From: Candidatus Omnitrophota bacterium
GTDB lineage: Bacteria; Omnitrophota; Gorgyraeia; Zapsychrales; Zapsychraceae
DNA length: 64,000 bases
NCBI GenBank assembly: GCA_028280285.1
Contig: JANQMA010000044.1
Coordinates: 1,521-65,520, forward strand
Reading direction: 5' to 3'
Notes under the pieces: generated by a model
What the model was told of the DNA's origin: nothing
The model's database searches: none
What the model saw: the letters and a program-made list of their open reading frames with translations, nothing else
Position numbers and translations under genes: made by a program
Shown here: one piece after another, positions 44,786 through 54,284 of the stretch
Layout: every line of letters starts with the position of its first letter
Numbering within the stretch: position 1 is the first letter of the stretch

Positions 44786-46816
44786 GTGAAAGTTAAGTTA
44801 AACGAGCGTGAACGGTTTATTGCGCGAGATATAAGCTGGCTAAAGTTTAATCAAAGAGTGCTGGAAGAGTCTGAAGACCGCAATAACCCACTTCTTGAGC
44901 GTGCACGGTTTTTGGCTATTTGTGTGAATAACCTCGACGAGTTTTTGATGGTTCGGCTTGCCGGCCTTAAAGATATTATTGCCTCCGGGTTTAACCGCAA
45001 AGATAAATTCGGCTATTACCCTCAAGAACTGCTTAAGGAACTCAAGGAAGAAGTAAAGGTCCAGCTCGAGCAATTTTATAAAGTCTATCATGGAAGAGTC
45101 CTTAAAAGTTTTGAAAAAAATGATATTCATTTGTGTCGGTACAAGGATTTAAATAAACAGCAGCGGGCGGCAGCCGATGAGTATTTTGAGTCTACACTTT
45201 ATCCGATGATCACACCGATGGGGGTTGATCCGGGCCATCCTTTTCCGGTTTTATCGTCTAAAACGCTGTCCTTTGCCGTTGTTTTAAAGAAACAAAAAAA
45301 AGAATACCTGGCGATTGTGCCTGTACCGAAGTCTGTGCCACGTGTGTTTCTTCTACCGCAGAAAGAGTCGGAGTATAGTTTTATTTTAATCGATGAAATT
45401 ATTCGTCATAATCTAAAACGCTTCTTTAAAGGGTATACGATTAAATCTTTGTCTTTGTTTCGTGTTATTCGTAATAGTGAGCTGGATGTTGAGGAGGAGT
45501 TTACTCCGAATCTTTTGCATTCCATTGATCAAGAGGTTAAAAAACGTGTCCGTTCCAATGTAGTCTATCTTGAAGTGGATAAGCATTGTTCTGATGAGCT
45601 ATTGGAGGTGTTGGCCGAAGGCCTTGACTTTCCTGTCGAAGATGCCACGGTGATCGACGGGCCGCTCGATTTGACCTTCCTCTTTGATTTGATCAAAAAT
45701 GTTGATAAGCCGGAGTTTTTTTATCCGAGTTATGTCCGGAAACAATTAGACTATGAAAACATTTTTGAAAAGATCAAAGAAAAAGATTTTATTTTACATG
45801 TGCCGTATGATTCATTTGATCCAACAGTTGATTTGATTCAGACGGCAGCGCGTGATGTGGATGTCCTTGCCATTAAGATGACGCTTTATCGAACAAGTAA
45901 AGACTCGCCTATTGTCGAGGCGTTAAAAGAGGCGGCCCTTAATAACAAAATTGTCACGGTTTTGGTTGAGATAAAGGCAAGATTTGATGAACAGAATAAT
46001 ATCCGTTGGGTGCGTGAACTGGAGGATGCCGGATGCCATGTAATTTATGGTATTCCCGGGTTTAAGGTGCATGCTAAGATGACACTTGTTATTCGCCGTG
46101 AAGAAGAGCATATTAAGCGTTATGTTCATCTGTCGACCGGAAATTATAATGAAAACACATCTAAAGTCTATACGGACATCGGTTACTTTACGGCCAATGA
46201 AGATTTTGCCAGCGACATTTCCGAGATCTTTAATGTGGTCACCGGTTATTCTAATTCCACACCTTCAGGGAGACTGATTACATCCCCCAATGATATGCGC
46301 GATTATATTAGCGGCTTGATTGAGCAGGAAATTAAATATCATAAAAAATTTAAAAACGGACATATAAAAATCAAATTAAATTCGATTGAAGATACCAAAA
46401 TGATCGATAAATTGTATAAAGCTTCGTGCGAAGGGGTTAAAATCGAATTGATTGTGCGGGGGATTTGCTGTTTGATTCCGGGTTTGAAGGGAGTTAGTGA
46501 TAATATAAAGGTTAAGAGTCTGGTCGGAAGATTTCTGGAGCACACCCGGATATTTACGTTTAATAATAATGGCGAGCCGCGCGTGTTTCTTTCATCGGCT
46601 GATTTTATGAAACGCAATCTCGATAGGCGTATTGAGCTTTTATTTGAGATAACGACCGAGGATATAAAACAAAATATTATAGACATTATTGATGTTGCGT
46701 GGAAAGATACTCTAAAGACGCGTTGGTTAGATAAGACACGTGATTATAAACGACTGCAGCAAATTAAGCATAAGATCAATGCGCATGATGAATTTATCAG
46801 GCGGTATGCTGAGTAA
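44786..46816 (+). CDS. ppk1: Polyphosphate kinase 1
   Basis: SWLKFNQRVLEE, NLDEFLMVR, HPFP, IKMTLYRT, KARFDE, KVHAK, TGNYN, GRFLEH, SSADFM.RNLDRRIE. Confidence 0.97.
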   Translation: MKVKLNERERFIARDISWLKFNQRVLEESEDRNNPLLERARFLAICVNNLDEFLMVRLAGLKDIIASGFNRKDKFGYYPQELLKELKEEVKVQLEQFYKVYHGRVLKSFEKNDIHLCRYKDLNKQQRAAADEYFESTLYPMITPMGVDPGHPFPVLSSKTLSFAVVLKKQKKEYLAIVPVPKSVPRVFLLPQKESEYSFILIDEIIRHNLKRFFKGYTIKSLSLFRVIRNSELDVEEEFTPNLLHSIDQEVKKRVRSNVVYLEVDKHCSDELLEVLAEGLDFPVEDATVIDGPLDLTFLFDLIKNVDKPEFFYPSYVRKQLDYENIFEKIKEKDFILHVPYDSFDPTVDLIQTAARDVDVLAIKMTLYRTSKDSPIVEALKEAALNNKIVTVLVEIKARFDEQNNIRWVRELEDAGCHVIYGIPGFKVHAKMTLVIRREEEHIKRYVHLSTGNYNENTSKVYTDIGYFTANEDFASDISEIFNVVTGYSNSTPSGRLITSPNDMRDYISGLIEQEIKYHKKFKNGHIKIKLNSIEDTKMIDKLYKASCEGVKIELIVRGICCLIPGLKGVSDNIKVKSLVGRFLEHTRIFTFNNNGEPRVFLSSADFMKRNLDRRIELLFEITTEDIKQNIIDIIDVAWKDTLKTRWLDKTRDYKRLQQIKHKINAHDEFIRRYAE

Positions 46817-46852
46817 AATTTTTAAATGTGAAATGCAAAAAATAGCAATATC

Positions 46853-46926
46853 GTATTTGGTAGTTAGTAATTAGTAATTTGTTGACAAGGTTTTTTGCCA
46901 ATTACCAACTACTAATTACTAAATAC
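46853..46926. repeat. Heptamer tandem/inverted element (GTADTTD), exact 4+4
   Basis: gtatttg gtagtta gtaatta gtaattt -18nt- caattac caactac taattac taaatac. Confidence 0.85.
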
Positions 46927-46976
46927 CAAAAGTCTTTTTCGAGTTTTTACTGTGTAGCGGATAGGGAAAGTTACTT

Positions 46977-48314
46977 ATGAAGAAATATTACATCGGTGTT
47001 GATGTAGGGGGAACAAAAATTGCAGCGGCTTTGGTTGAAAGAGCTGGTCAGATTGTTTTACAAGATAAAGTTCCAACGCTGCAAAATGGCAAGCCCGAAG
47101 AGATATATCAACAAATCGTTTCGATTATTGGTTCCCTCCTCAAAGAGGCGAAAATTAAAAAAGAACAGTTAAAAGGTATTGGTATTGGCATTCCGGGCGT
47201 CATTAGCGCTGATCATCGCGATATTAAGGCCGCTCCCAATATTAATCTCACGGGATTTCCTCTCACCGTTTCTTTAGAAAAGGAATACGCAACCGCGGTT
47301 GCTTTGGGTAATGATGTTAATTTAGGTTTACTGGGTGAGATGTGGCTTGGCGCAGGAGGCGATACGCGTAATCTCATCGGAATATTTCCCGGGACCGGTG
47401 TTGGCGGAGCGATTATTGTTAATGGTTATTTAGTCACAGGGGCCCAAGGCGCGGCAGGCGAATTAGGGCATATGATTATCAATCAGTCGAGTAAGAAGTC
47501 CAGTGCCGGAATCAAAGGTACAGTTGAGGCGTTGGCCTCACGACGGGCCATCGAGCGTGATATCCGTGCAGCCGTACGTAATGGCGAGAAGACGGTTGTG
47601 ACCGATCTTTTAGATGGAAGCCTTGCGCAGATTAAGAGTAAGGTTATTGCTGAAGCGCTTAAACTGAAAGATGAAGTGGTGATGCGTGTGATTGATGATG
47701 TTTGTCAGACACTCGCTGACACATGCATTTCCATGCGTCATGCGCTTAATCCGGATAAGATTATTTTTGGCGGCGGACTAATCGAAGCCTGTGGTCATTA
47801 TATGATCCCACGTATTCAGAAGATATCGGACCGCAGTCCTTTTTTCAAAAGGATCGACAATTGTAAAATTGTCGCATCCTATTTAGGCGATGATGCCGTT
47901 CTTCTCGGTGGTGTTTATTTTATTCAGCAAATCTTAGGTGAGAAAATTTCAAGTGTTGATGCTTATTACCCCCATGTTGAATTAAAGGATAAAAATGTAG
48001 TAATCGATAAAAAGAATTATAAGGAAAGTATTTATGTGAGAGCCGATACCAAGGTGCGTTCTATTGAAAGCGAAGGTGATTTTAATAAATTTCGCAAGTC
48101 CAATAAAATTGATGTTGCGGCGATAAGCAAGATATGTAAAAAACATCCGGAGTTTGTGATTATTGCGACCAATGGTTCGCCTGTGCGGGTTACAAAGAAA
48201 GCAGAGAAGTGGCTTATTGGGCAGACGATTAACTATAGAATTGCCCCGATGGCGCAAGCCATTGATTTATACAACACGATTAAGAAGAGAAAAGTGTTAG
48301 TCGTTAAGCATTAG
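46977..48314 (+). CDS. ROK-family sugar kinase fused to a C-terminal Mth938/DUF498-like domain
   Basis: IGVDVGGTKI, GIGIPG, GNDVN, GTGVGG, AGELGH; C-terminal ~115 aa with PEFVIIAT and AIDLYN. Confidence 0.85.
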   Translation: MKKYYIGVDVGGTKIAAALVERAGQIVLQDKVPTLQNGKPEEIYQQIVSIIGSLLKEAKIKKEQLKGIGIGIPGVISADHRDIKAAPNINLTGFPLTVSLEKEYATAVALGNDVNLGLLGEMWLGAGGDTRNLIGIFPGTGVGGAIIVNGYLVTGAQGAAGELGHMIINQSSKKSSAGIKGTVEALASRRAIERDIRAAVRNGEKTVVTDLLDGSLAQIKSKVIAEALKLKDEVVMRVIDDVCQTLADTCISMRHALNPDKIIFGGGLIEACGHYMIPRIQKISDRSPFFKRIDNCKIVASYLGDDAVLLGGVYFIQQILGEKISSVDAYYPHVELKDKNVVIDKKNYKESIYVRADTKVRSIESEGDFNKFRKSNKIDVAAISKICKKHPEFVIIATNGSPVRVTKKAEKWLIGQTINYRIAPMAQAIDLYNTIKKRKVLVVKH

Positions 48315-48816
48315 AGGGGGTACGCGTCTGCAGGTCCTTTACATCCCATATCCCAACTAATTCCCCCTTAGTCTTATTTGTGATTTGATCCCAATTTTCG
48401 ATAGAAAGTTCAACCTGGGCCAATGTTGCGGTTCGGAACATTTTTAGCTCTTTTGTCAAATGGGCGCAAAAATTTTCTATGGTGGGATTGTGCCCTACCA
48501 GGAGAAGTGTTTGCGGATCTTTTTTAAGGTCTTTAATCTGTTTGATATAGACTTCATAATCAGCTAAATAGAGCTCCTCGCATTTATCGATTTTTTCGGC
48601 AAAATCACAATTTTCTGCAACGAGTTTGGCTGTTGTGTGTGCCCTGAGCGCAGATGAGGACAGAATATAATCCGGGGTAAGCCCATTGTCTTTCATCCAG
48701 TTGCCCATAAAGGGGGCAGCCTTTTCACCGCGGTTATTTAACGGACGGTCATGATCGCTTATATCCGGCGTTTTCCAGCTGGACTTCGCATGACGCATAA
48801 GTAGTAGTGTTTTCAT
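48304..48816 (-). CDS. sixA: Phosphohistidine phosphatase SixA
   Basis: LLLMRHAKSSW, D.DRPL..RG, SS.A.RA..T, LVGHNP. Confidence 0.92.
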   Translation of the reverse strand: MKTLLLMRHAKSSWKTPDISDHDRPLNNRGEKAAPFMGNWMKDNGLTPDYILSSSALRAHTTAKLVAENCDFAEKIDKCEELYLADYEVYIKQIKDLKKDPQTLLLVGHNPTIENFCAHLTKELKMFRTATLAQVELSIENWDQITNKTKGELVGIWDVKDLQTRTPSNA

Positions 48817-48952
48817 ATACTTATTATGACAAACAGGTTTTAAAATTCATAGAAAAATTCGAAAAATCCAAAGTTTCCGCTGATTTTGAGTTGCCCGTTT
48901 TTTATCGGGCTTTTTTATTGCAAAGGCAATTATTCTCTTCTAAGATCTTGGT

Positions 48953-49324
48953 ATGGATGAATCGAGAAAGCTGGCAACAACGATAGTTTTGCGCAAAGAC
49001 GGCCTTATATTGATTGGTCAGCGTACCAAGGATGATATCTGGGAGCTTCCGGGAGGCAAGATTGATCCGGGCGAGGAGCCTGAAGACTGCGCGGTCCGCG
49101 AAATGCAGGAAGAACACGGTATTGAAGTCCAAATTAAGCAATTCCTTAAAAAGATTATCGGGATTTACCGCAAAATCCCTATGGAAGTTTACGGCTATGA
49201 GGTCGAATCGATCTCAGGTGATCCGCAATGCCTGGTCCACAAAGAGATAAAGTGGGCTTCAATTGAAGAAATTCAACAGATGGATTTTATTGATGAGGAT
49301 TTGGAGATTGTAAACCTTTTATGA
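48953..49324 (+). CDS. NUDIX hydrolase (MutT/NudG-like)
   Basis: WELPGGKIDPGEEPEDCAVREMQEEHG (Nudix box). Confidence 0.92.
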   Translation: MDESRKLATTIVLRKDGLILIGQRTKDDIWELPGGKIDPGEEPEDCAVREMQEEHGIEVQIKQFLKKIIGIYRKIPMEVYGYEVESISGDPQCLVHKEIKWASIEEIQQMDFIDEDLEIVNLL

Positions 49325-49325
49325 C

Positions 49326-49390
49326 CAAACATTAGACAATAAACATTAAACCAATTATAAGTTTGTTTAATGTTTAAAGTTTATTGTTTT
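49326..49390. repeat. Heptamer tandem/inverted element (TAAACA-type), 4+4, overlapping the mscS stop codon
   Basis: caaacat tagacaa taaacat taaacca -9nt- ttgttta atgttta aagttta ttgtttt. Confidence 0.8.
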
Positions 49391-50364
49391 GGTTTTTCCT
49401 TGATGTGGATGTCCCGCTGCGGAAACGGGATTTCGATATTATTCTTACCTAATGCTTCAAAAATAGCTTTATTCAATTTAAATTTCATATTCCAATATTC
49501 GGCTTGCGGGGTAAATAAGCGGATCATAATGTTTACACTGGAATCAGCAAATTCACTGATACCGATAACAGGTTGCTTTTCATTGACCAGTTTTTCACCC
49601 GCCACTACGTCATTAATGATTTTAAGAACTTTATCCATGTTGCTTGAGTAACTAACACCAATAGTTAGATCAAGGCGCTTGAGGTGAGAGAAATTTTGAA
49701 TGATCTCACCAATAATTTTATTATTAGGAATGATGACAAGTGATCCATCTGCATTGATCATTTCTGTTCGCGGTAGCTTGATATCTTTGATTTGTCCCAT
49801 TTCGCCGGCAACTTCCACGATATCGCCTACTTTAAAAGGTTTAGTGAAAATAAGGGAAATACCAGCGGCATAATTAGAAAGTGGACCTTGCAGTGCAAAG
49901 CTGGTCCCAAAACCGATAACGGATATACCGGCGATGAGTGGTGCGATTTCAATGCCGAATTTGCCCATGGCCACCATGATGGCAAAAGCCATGACAAGAA
50001 TGCGCACAGTCCCACCAATAAAACCTGTTACGGTGACATCAACATTTTTGCTTTTAAGGAATCCAGTAACAAAATTTGTCAGGTATCCGGCTGCGATCCA
50101 GCCAAGAATGAGAATGATAATACCACCGAGTGCTTGAAAGAAATATGTAACAACATATTCAATAACGGTATCGATCAGGCTTTTAACGGCTGTGAATTGT
50201 TTTTCAGCTTCGTGCTGGAGGTTTTCGGCTGCATTTTCAAAGGTAATGGGTTCAGCGCCTTCTTCCACTATTTGATTAACTTGGTCCGGTGATTGCGCGA
50301 AGACCAATGTAGGTGCAATAAAAATTAAGAACAGGAAAAGAATGATAGTTTTTTTCATAGTCAT
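49381..50364 (-). CDS. mscS: Small-conductance mechanosensitive channel
   Basis: FALQGPLSNYAAG, KPFKVGD, IIPNNKI, F.DSSVN, IEIPFPQRDIH. Confidence 0.93.
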   Translation of the reverse strand: MTMKKTIILFLFLIFIAPTLVFAQSPDQVNQIVEEGAEPITFENAAENLQHEAEKQFTAVKSLIDTVIEYVVTYFFQALGGIIILILGWIAAGYLTNFVTGFLKSKNVDVTVTGFIGGTVRILVMAFAIMVAMGKFGIEIAPLIAGISVIGFGTSFALQGPLSNYAAGISLIFTKPFKVGDIVEVAGEMGQIKDIKLPRTEMINADGSLVIIPNNKIIGEIIQNFSHLKRLDLTIGVSYSSNMDKVLKIINDVVAGEKLVNEKQPVIGISEFADSSVNIMIRLFTPQAEYWNMKFKLNKAIFEALGKNNIEIPFPQRDIHIKEKPKQ

Positions 50365-50434
50365 TTGATATTTGTGTTTTGAGGGGTTATTGGTTAAAAT
50401 GCTTACTCATCATAACATAAAACTATTCCATTGC

Positions 50435-50480
50435 AACCTATGAGGTTTGTACGCCACACGAACCTCGTAGGTTCGTGTGG
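50435..50480. repeat. Doublet of short palindromes (AACCT-N3-AGGTT x2)
   Basis: aacct-atg-aggtt ... ccacacgaacct-cgt-aggttcgtgtgg. Confidence 0.6.
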
Positions 50481-50497
50481 GAAATTTGGGAGTATAT

Positions 50498-51076
50498 ATG
50501 CCGAAAGAACTTAAGCGCTGCGCCTGGGTGGGGGAAGATCCGCTTTATCAAAAATACCATGACGAAGAATGGGGCCGGCCGCTTCACAACGACAAAAAGC
50601 TGTTTGAATTTTTGATTCTGGAAGGCGCGCAGGCGGGGTTAAGCTGGATTACTATATTAAGGAAGAGAGATAACTATCGCAAGGCGTTTGACAATTTTGA
50701 TTATGAAAAAGTGGCGAAATACAACAAACGCAAAATCACGGCTTTACTGAAAGATGAGGGGATTGTGCGTAATCGCTTGAAGATCAATGGCACGGTACAA
50801 AATGCCAAGGCTTTTATTGCCGTGCGCAAGGAATTCGGCAGCTTCAATAAATACATCTGGGGCTTTGTGGACAATAAGCCTATTATCAATAAGTTTAAGT
50901 CAATGAAGGACTTACCGGCTAAGACAGAACTATCGGATATTATCGCTAAAGATTTAAAGAAACGTGGATTTACCTTTGTGGGCTCAACCATTGTCTATGC
51001 CTTTATGCAGGCGGTCGGTATGGTCAATGATCATGAGGTCGATTGTTTTTGTTATAAAGAGGTGCAGGGGAAATAG
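50498..51076 (+). CDS. tag: DNA-3-methyladenine glycosylase I
   Basis: RCAW, YHDEEWG, LEGAQAGLSW, IVRNRLKI, FVGSTIVYAFMQAVGMVNDH...C. Confidence 0.96.
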   Translation: MPKELKRCAWVGEDPLYQKYHDEEWGRPLHNDKKLFEFLILEGAQAGLSWITILRKRDNYRKAFDNFDYEKVAKYNKRKITALLKDEGIVRNRLKINGTVQNAKAFIAVRKEFGSFNKYIWGFVDNKPIINKFKSMKDLPAKTELSDIIAKDLKKRGFTFVGSTIVYAFMQAVGMVNDHEVDCFCYKEVQGK

Positions 51077-51117
51077 CAGCTTGCTAAAAAGCGGTGTTGG
51101 CTTTACAATAGCGAAAT

Positions 51118-51174
51118 GCCTATTCAACTGCGTCAGTTGAATAGGCTTAGGTTCATTCAACTGATGCAGTTGAG
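51118..51174. repeat. Doublet of palindromes (TCAACTG-N3-CAGTTGA x2)
   Basis: gcctattcaactg-cgt-cagttgaataggc and tcaactg-atg-cagttga; the second overlaps the SD of the next gene. Confidence 0.65.
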
Positions 51175-51182
51175 GAGGCGTA

Positions 51183-51944
51183 ATGAAACCAATTGTAATT
51201 ATCGGAGCCGGGGAAATGGGCGGGGTATTTGCCCGCGGCTTTTTAAAGGCAGGATATCCTGTCTATCCTGTCACCAGGAATATGGCGGTCCATCAAGTGG
51301 CTGATACGGTTGCAGATCCCGCAGCGGTGCTCGTTGCTGTTGGAGAAAAAGACTTACAGAATGTTGTGGCCGGTGTGCCGGAGGCCTGGAAAGATAAGCT
51401 GATCCTTCTTCAAAATGAATTATTGCCAAAGGACTGGGAAGGAAAGCTTAATAATCCGACGGTGATCTCTGTCTGGTTTGAGAAAAAACCGGGGCAGGAT
51501 TATAAAGTGATTATTCCATCTCCCGTATTTGGGCCTTATGCACAGCTCGTTAAGGATTCCCTCGAGGCGATTAATATTCCGGTTAATGCGCTTGCATCAG
51601 CGGACGATTTGTTGTTTGAGCTTGTTCTTAAGAATGTTTATATCTTAACAACGAATATTTCCGGCCTTGAAGTGGGCGGCAATGTCGGTGAGTTATGGGA
51701 ATCTAATCAGTCCATTGCCCGTGAAGTGGCGGGTAATGTTATGGATATTCAATTTAAGTTGGCGGCCAAAGAATTTGATCGCGAGGCGATGATTGAAAGC
51801 ATGGTCAAGGCCTTCGAAGGTGATTTAGAACATAAATGTATGGGACGATCAGCTCCGGCGAGATTGCAGCGTGCACTTGCGCAGGCGGATGAATTAGGTT
51901 TAGACGTAATAAAGCTGCGTGATATCGCCGCAGCAAAATTATAA
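51183..51944 (+). CDS. Uncharacterised Rossmann-fold protein (ketopantoate-reductase-like architecture)
   Basis: N-terminal IGAGEMG (GxGxxG), LLQNELLP, ELV.KN.YILT.NI.GL. Confidence 0.75.
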   Translation: MKPIVIIGAGEMGGVFARGFLKAGYPVYPVTRNMAVHQVADTVADPAAVLVAVGEKDLQNVVAGVPEAWKDKLILLQNELLPKDWEGKLNNPTVISVWFEKKPGQDYKVIIPSPVFGPYAQLVKDSLEAINIPVNALASADDLLFELVLKNVYILTTNISGLEVGGNVGELWESNQSIAREVAGNVMDIQFKLAAKEFDREAMIESMVKAFEGDLEHKCMGRSAPARLQRALAQADELGLDVIKLRDIAAAKL

Positions 51945-51953
51945 AGAGGCAAA

Positions 51954-52406
51954 ATGAACAGAAAAGATTATAAAGGTGAAATTACAACTGATTTTCTCGA
52001 AAACGGGGAAGAGGTGTTGTTGGATTTTGAAAAATTACGCAAAGTAGCCGAAAGCGTAGATCCTGTTGTGCCGGTTGCGGTGCAAGACGTAGACAGTCGT
52101 GAGGTTATCCTCGTTGCTTATGCCAATGAAACAGCGCTTAAGCATACGATTAAAACAGGCAATGCCACATTTTGGTCAACCTCCCGTCAACAATTATGGG
52201 AGAAGGGGCTCACATCCGGCGATGTGCTTAAAATGGTTGATATTAGAATTAACTGCGAACAAAACTCTCTCTTGTATCTAGTCAACATGGTTGGCCGTGG
52301 TTCATGTCATACCAAAAAAGAGGGCGGCCAAACACGGTTTGGCTGCTACTATCGCTCTATCAAAGACGGCGAGCTTGAGTTTGTCCAGGATGAGCCGTAT
52401 ATATAA
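51954..52406 (+). CDS. hisI: Phosphoribosyl-AMP cyclohydrolase (variant motif)
   Basis: PVAVQD, FWSTSRQQLWEKG.TSG, NCEQNSLLY.V, SCHT, GCYYR. Confidence 0.88.
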   Translation: MNRKDYKGEITTDFLENGEEVLLDFEKLRKVAESVDPVVPVAVQDVDSREVILVAYANETALKHTIKTGNATFWSTSRQQLWEKGLTSGDVLKMVDIRINCEQNSLLYLVNMVGRGSCHTKKEGGQTRFGCYYRSIKDGELEFVQDEPYI

Positions 52407-52413
52407 AATTTGA

Positions 52414-54231
52414 ATGGCAAATATCAAAAGGTCATCATCTAAAAATATATCTTCATTTTTTCTCATTTATCTTGCCATCGGCATTCTTATTTATTTTAAT
52501 TCTTTTGATAATGCCTTTCAGTTTGACGACTATGATTTTATCGTCAACAATTACAACATCAGAGACCTCTTCGATATTTCTGCGATTTGGAACACCTTAG
52601 CACACCCCAGCCGGTTTATCGGTTTTCTCACCTTTGCGGTTAATTTTCATTTCGGGCAGCTCGATGTTTTGGGGTATCACATTGTTAATACGGTTATCCA
52701 CATTATTAATGCTGCTTTGGTTTGTTTGTGTACGCGAGCCTTACTCGAAAAGAAATCTTTGAAAGAAGAAAAGGTTGACGGCGCAGTGGTTGCGTTTATC
52801 GCGGGGCTATTATTTCTCGTTCATCCTCTGCAGACGCAAGCTGTTGCCTATATTTCCCAGAGATTCACGTCGCTTGCCGCGGTATTTTATTTGTTTTCTG
52901 TCTTTAATTATTTGCGCTATCACACAACGCAAAAAGGTATTTATGCGGCGCTTATGATCGTTTCTGCTGTGTGCGGTATGTTGACCAAACCGATTGTCTT
53001 TACACTACCGATTTTGATTATTATCTTAGATCAGGTTTTTCTAAAAAGAGATAAGCCTTGTTTAAATAAAACGCATGTATGTATTTTGCTTTTGTTGTTG
53101 GTCATTGTTCCGTGGACTATGCGTTTTAATGCGTCGTCTATTTTGGGAATGACGACGCTTTCCGGGTCCCACGATGGAGATGTCATCAATTGGTTTTCTT
53201 ATCTGTTAACACAAATGCGTGTCATTATCATGTATTTGACATTGTTTTTTGCGCCCGTGGGCCAGACGCTTGATCATGATGTCGCGTTATCGACTTCTTT
53301 TCTTGATCTACGCGTAATATCGTCACTGACGATTATTATAACCATATGGTTTTTAGCGGTTATTCAATATAAGAAACGACCGATTGTTGGTTTTTGTGTT
53401 GCCTGGTTTTTTATCACACTTGTGGTGACATCAAGTATTATTCCGATTCACCATGTGATGTTCGAACACCGTGTGTATTTGCCTAGTGTCGGGTTATGTA
53501 TTTTGGTTAGTTACCTAGCGGTTAGATTTCTTAACCAAGGCAGGTTGTATATACCGCTTGTTATGATTTTGCTTATTGTCTTAAGTGTGATGACCGTCCG
53601 GCGTAATGCTGTGTGGGATAATGATATTCTTCTGTGGGGGGATGTTGTCCAAAAAGCTCCCCAAAAATCACGTGGTTACCGCAGCCTTGCGGTTGCTTAC
53701 TACAAACGTGATGATTATCCAAAGGCGCTTCAGTTTATTCAAAAAGCTATTATGCTTTATCCGGAATATTTAGAAGCGTATGAAACGCGCGGACGGATAT
53801 TGTATATGATGGGAGACTTCACAAACGCACTTACGGACTATAATTATATTTTGTTCAAAAACCCCCGGCATGCCCTAGCTTATAAAGACCGCGCTGATCT
53901 TTGGGGGAGGCAGGACAAACTGGATCAGGCATTGGCGGATTATAATACGTCTATTTCGATTCATTCCGGCAATCCCCATGCCTACAATGGCCGGGCGCGC
54001 GTTTATGCCAAGCGCAAACAGATCGATTTGGCCCTGGCCGATATCAATCACGCGATTGCGATCGATGCCTATCAATCGGAGTTTTATAACAATCGCGGCA
54101 TTATCCTCTCGATGGCCGGTAGGCATATCAAAGCCCTGCAAGATTTCCACAAGTCATTGTCTCTCAATGAGAACCAGCCCGAGGTTCAAAAAAATATAGC
54201 CACCGTTAAGCAGATTTTAGAGCAAAATTAA
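52414..54231 (+). CDS. TMTC-like GT-C membrane glycosyltransferase with C-terminal TPRs
   Basis: FQFDD, YH.VN..IH, HPLQTQAVAYISQR, FEHRVYLPS, RN.VW, several TPR repeats. Confidence 0.82.
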   Translation: MANIKRSSSKNISSFFLIYLAIGILIYFNSFDNAFQFDDYDFIVNNYNIRDLFDISAIWNTLAHPSRFIGFLTFAVNFHFGQLDVLGYHIVNTVIHIINAALVCLCTRALLEKKSLKEEKVDGAVVAFIAGLLFLVHPLQTQAVAYISQRFTSLAAVFYLFSVFNYLRYHTTQKGIYAALMIVSAVCGMLTKPIVFTLPILIIILDQVFLKRDKPCLNKTHVCILLLLLVIVPWTMRFNASSILGMTTLSGSHDGDVINWFSYLLTQMRVIIMYLTLFFAPVGQTLDHDVALSTSFLDLRVISSLTIIITIWFLAVIQYKKRPIVGFCVAWFFITLVVTSSIIPIHHVMFEHRVYLPSVGLCILVSYLAVRFLNQGRLYIPLVMILLIVLSVMTVRRNAVWDNDILLWGDVVQKAPQKSRGYRSLAVAYYKRDDYPKALQFIQKAIMLYPEYLEAYETRGRILYMMGDFTNALTDYNYILFKNPRHALAYKDRADLWGRQDKLDQALADYNTSISIHSGNPHAYNGRARVYAKRKQIDLALADINHAIAIDAYQSEFYNNRGIILSMAGRHIKALQDFHKSLSLNENQPEVQKNIATVKQILEQN

Positions 54232-54284
54232 CCCCCTTTCTTATCTATTGTTATTTTTAAAGAAACATGATAACCTTGTTGCCT

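Noticed and set aside
51116-51304. ORF with repeated IQLxQL
   Set aside because: Artefact of the palindrome doublet; it overlaps the real gene, which has a strong SD at 51183.
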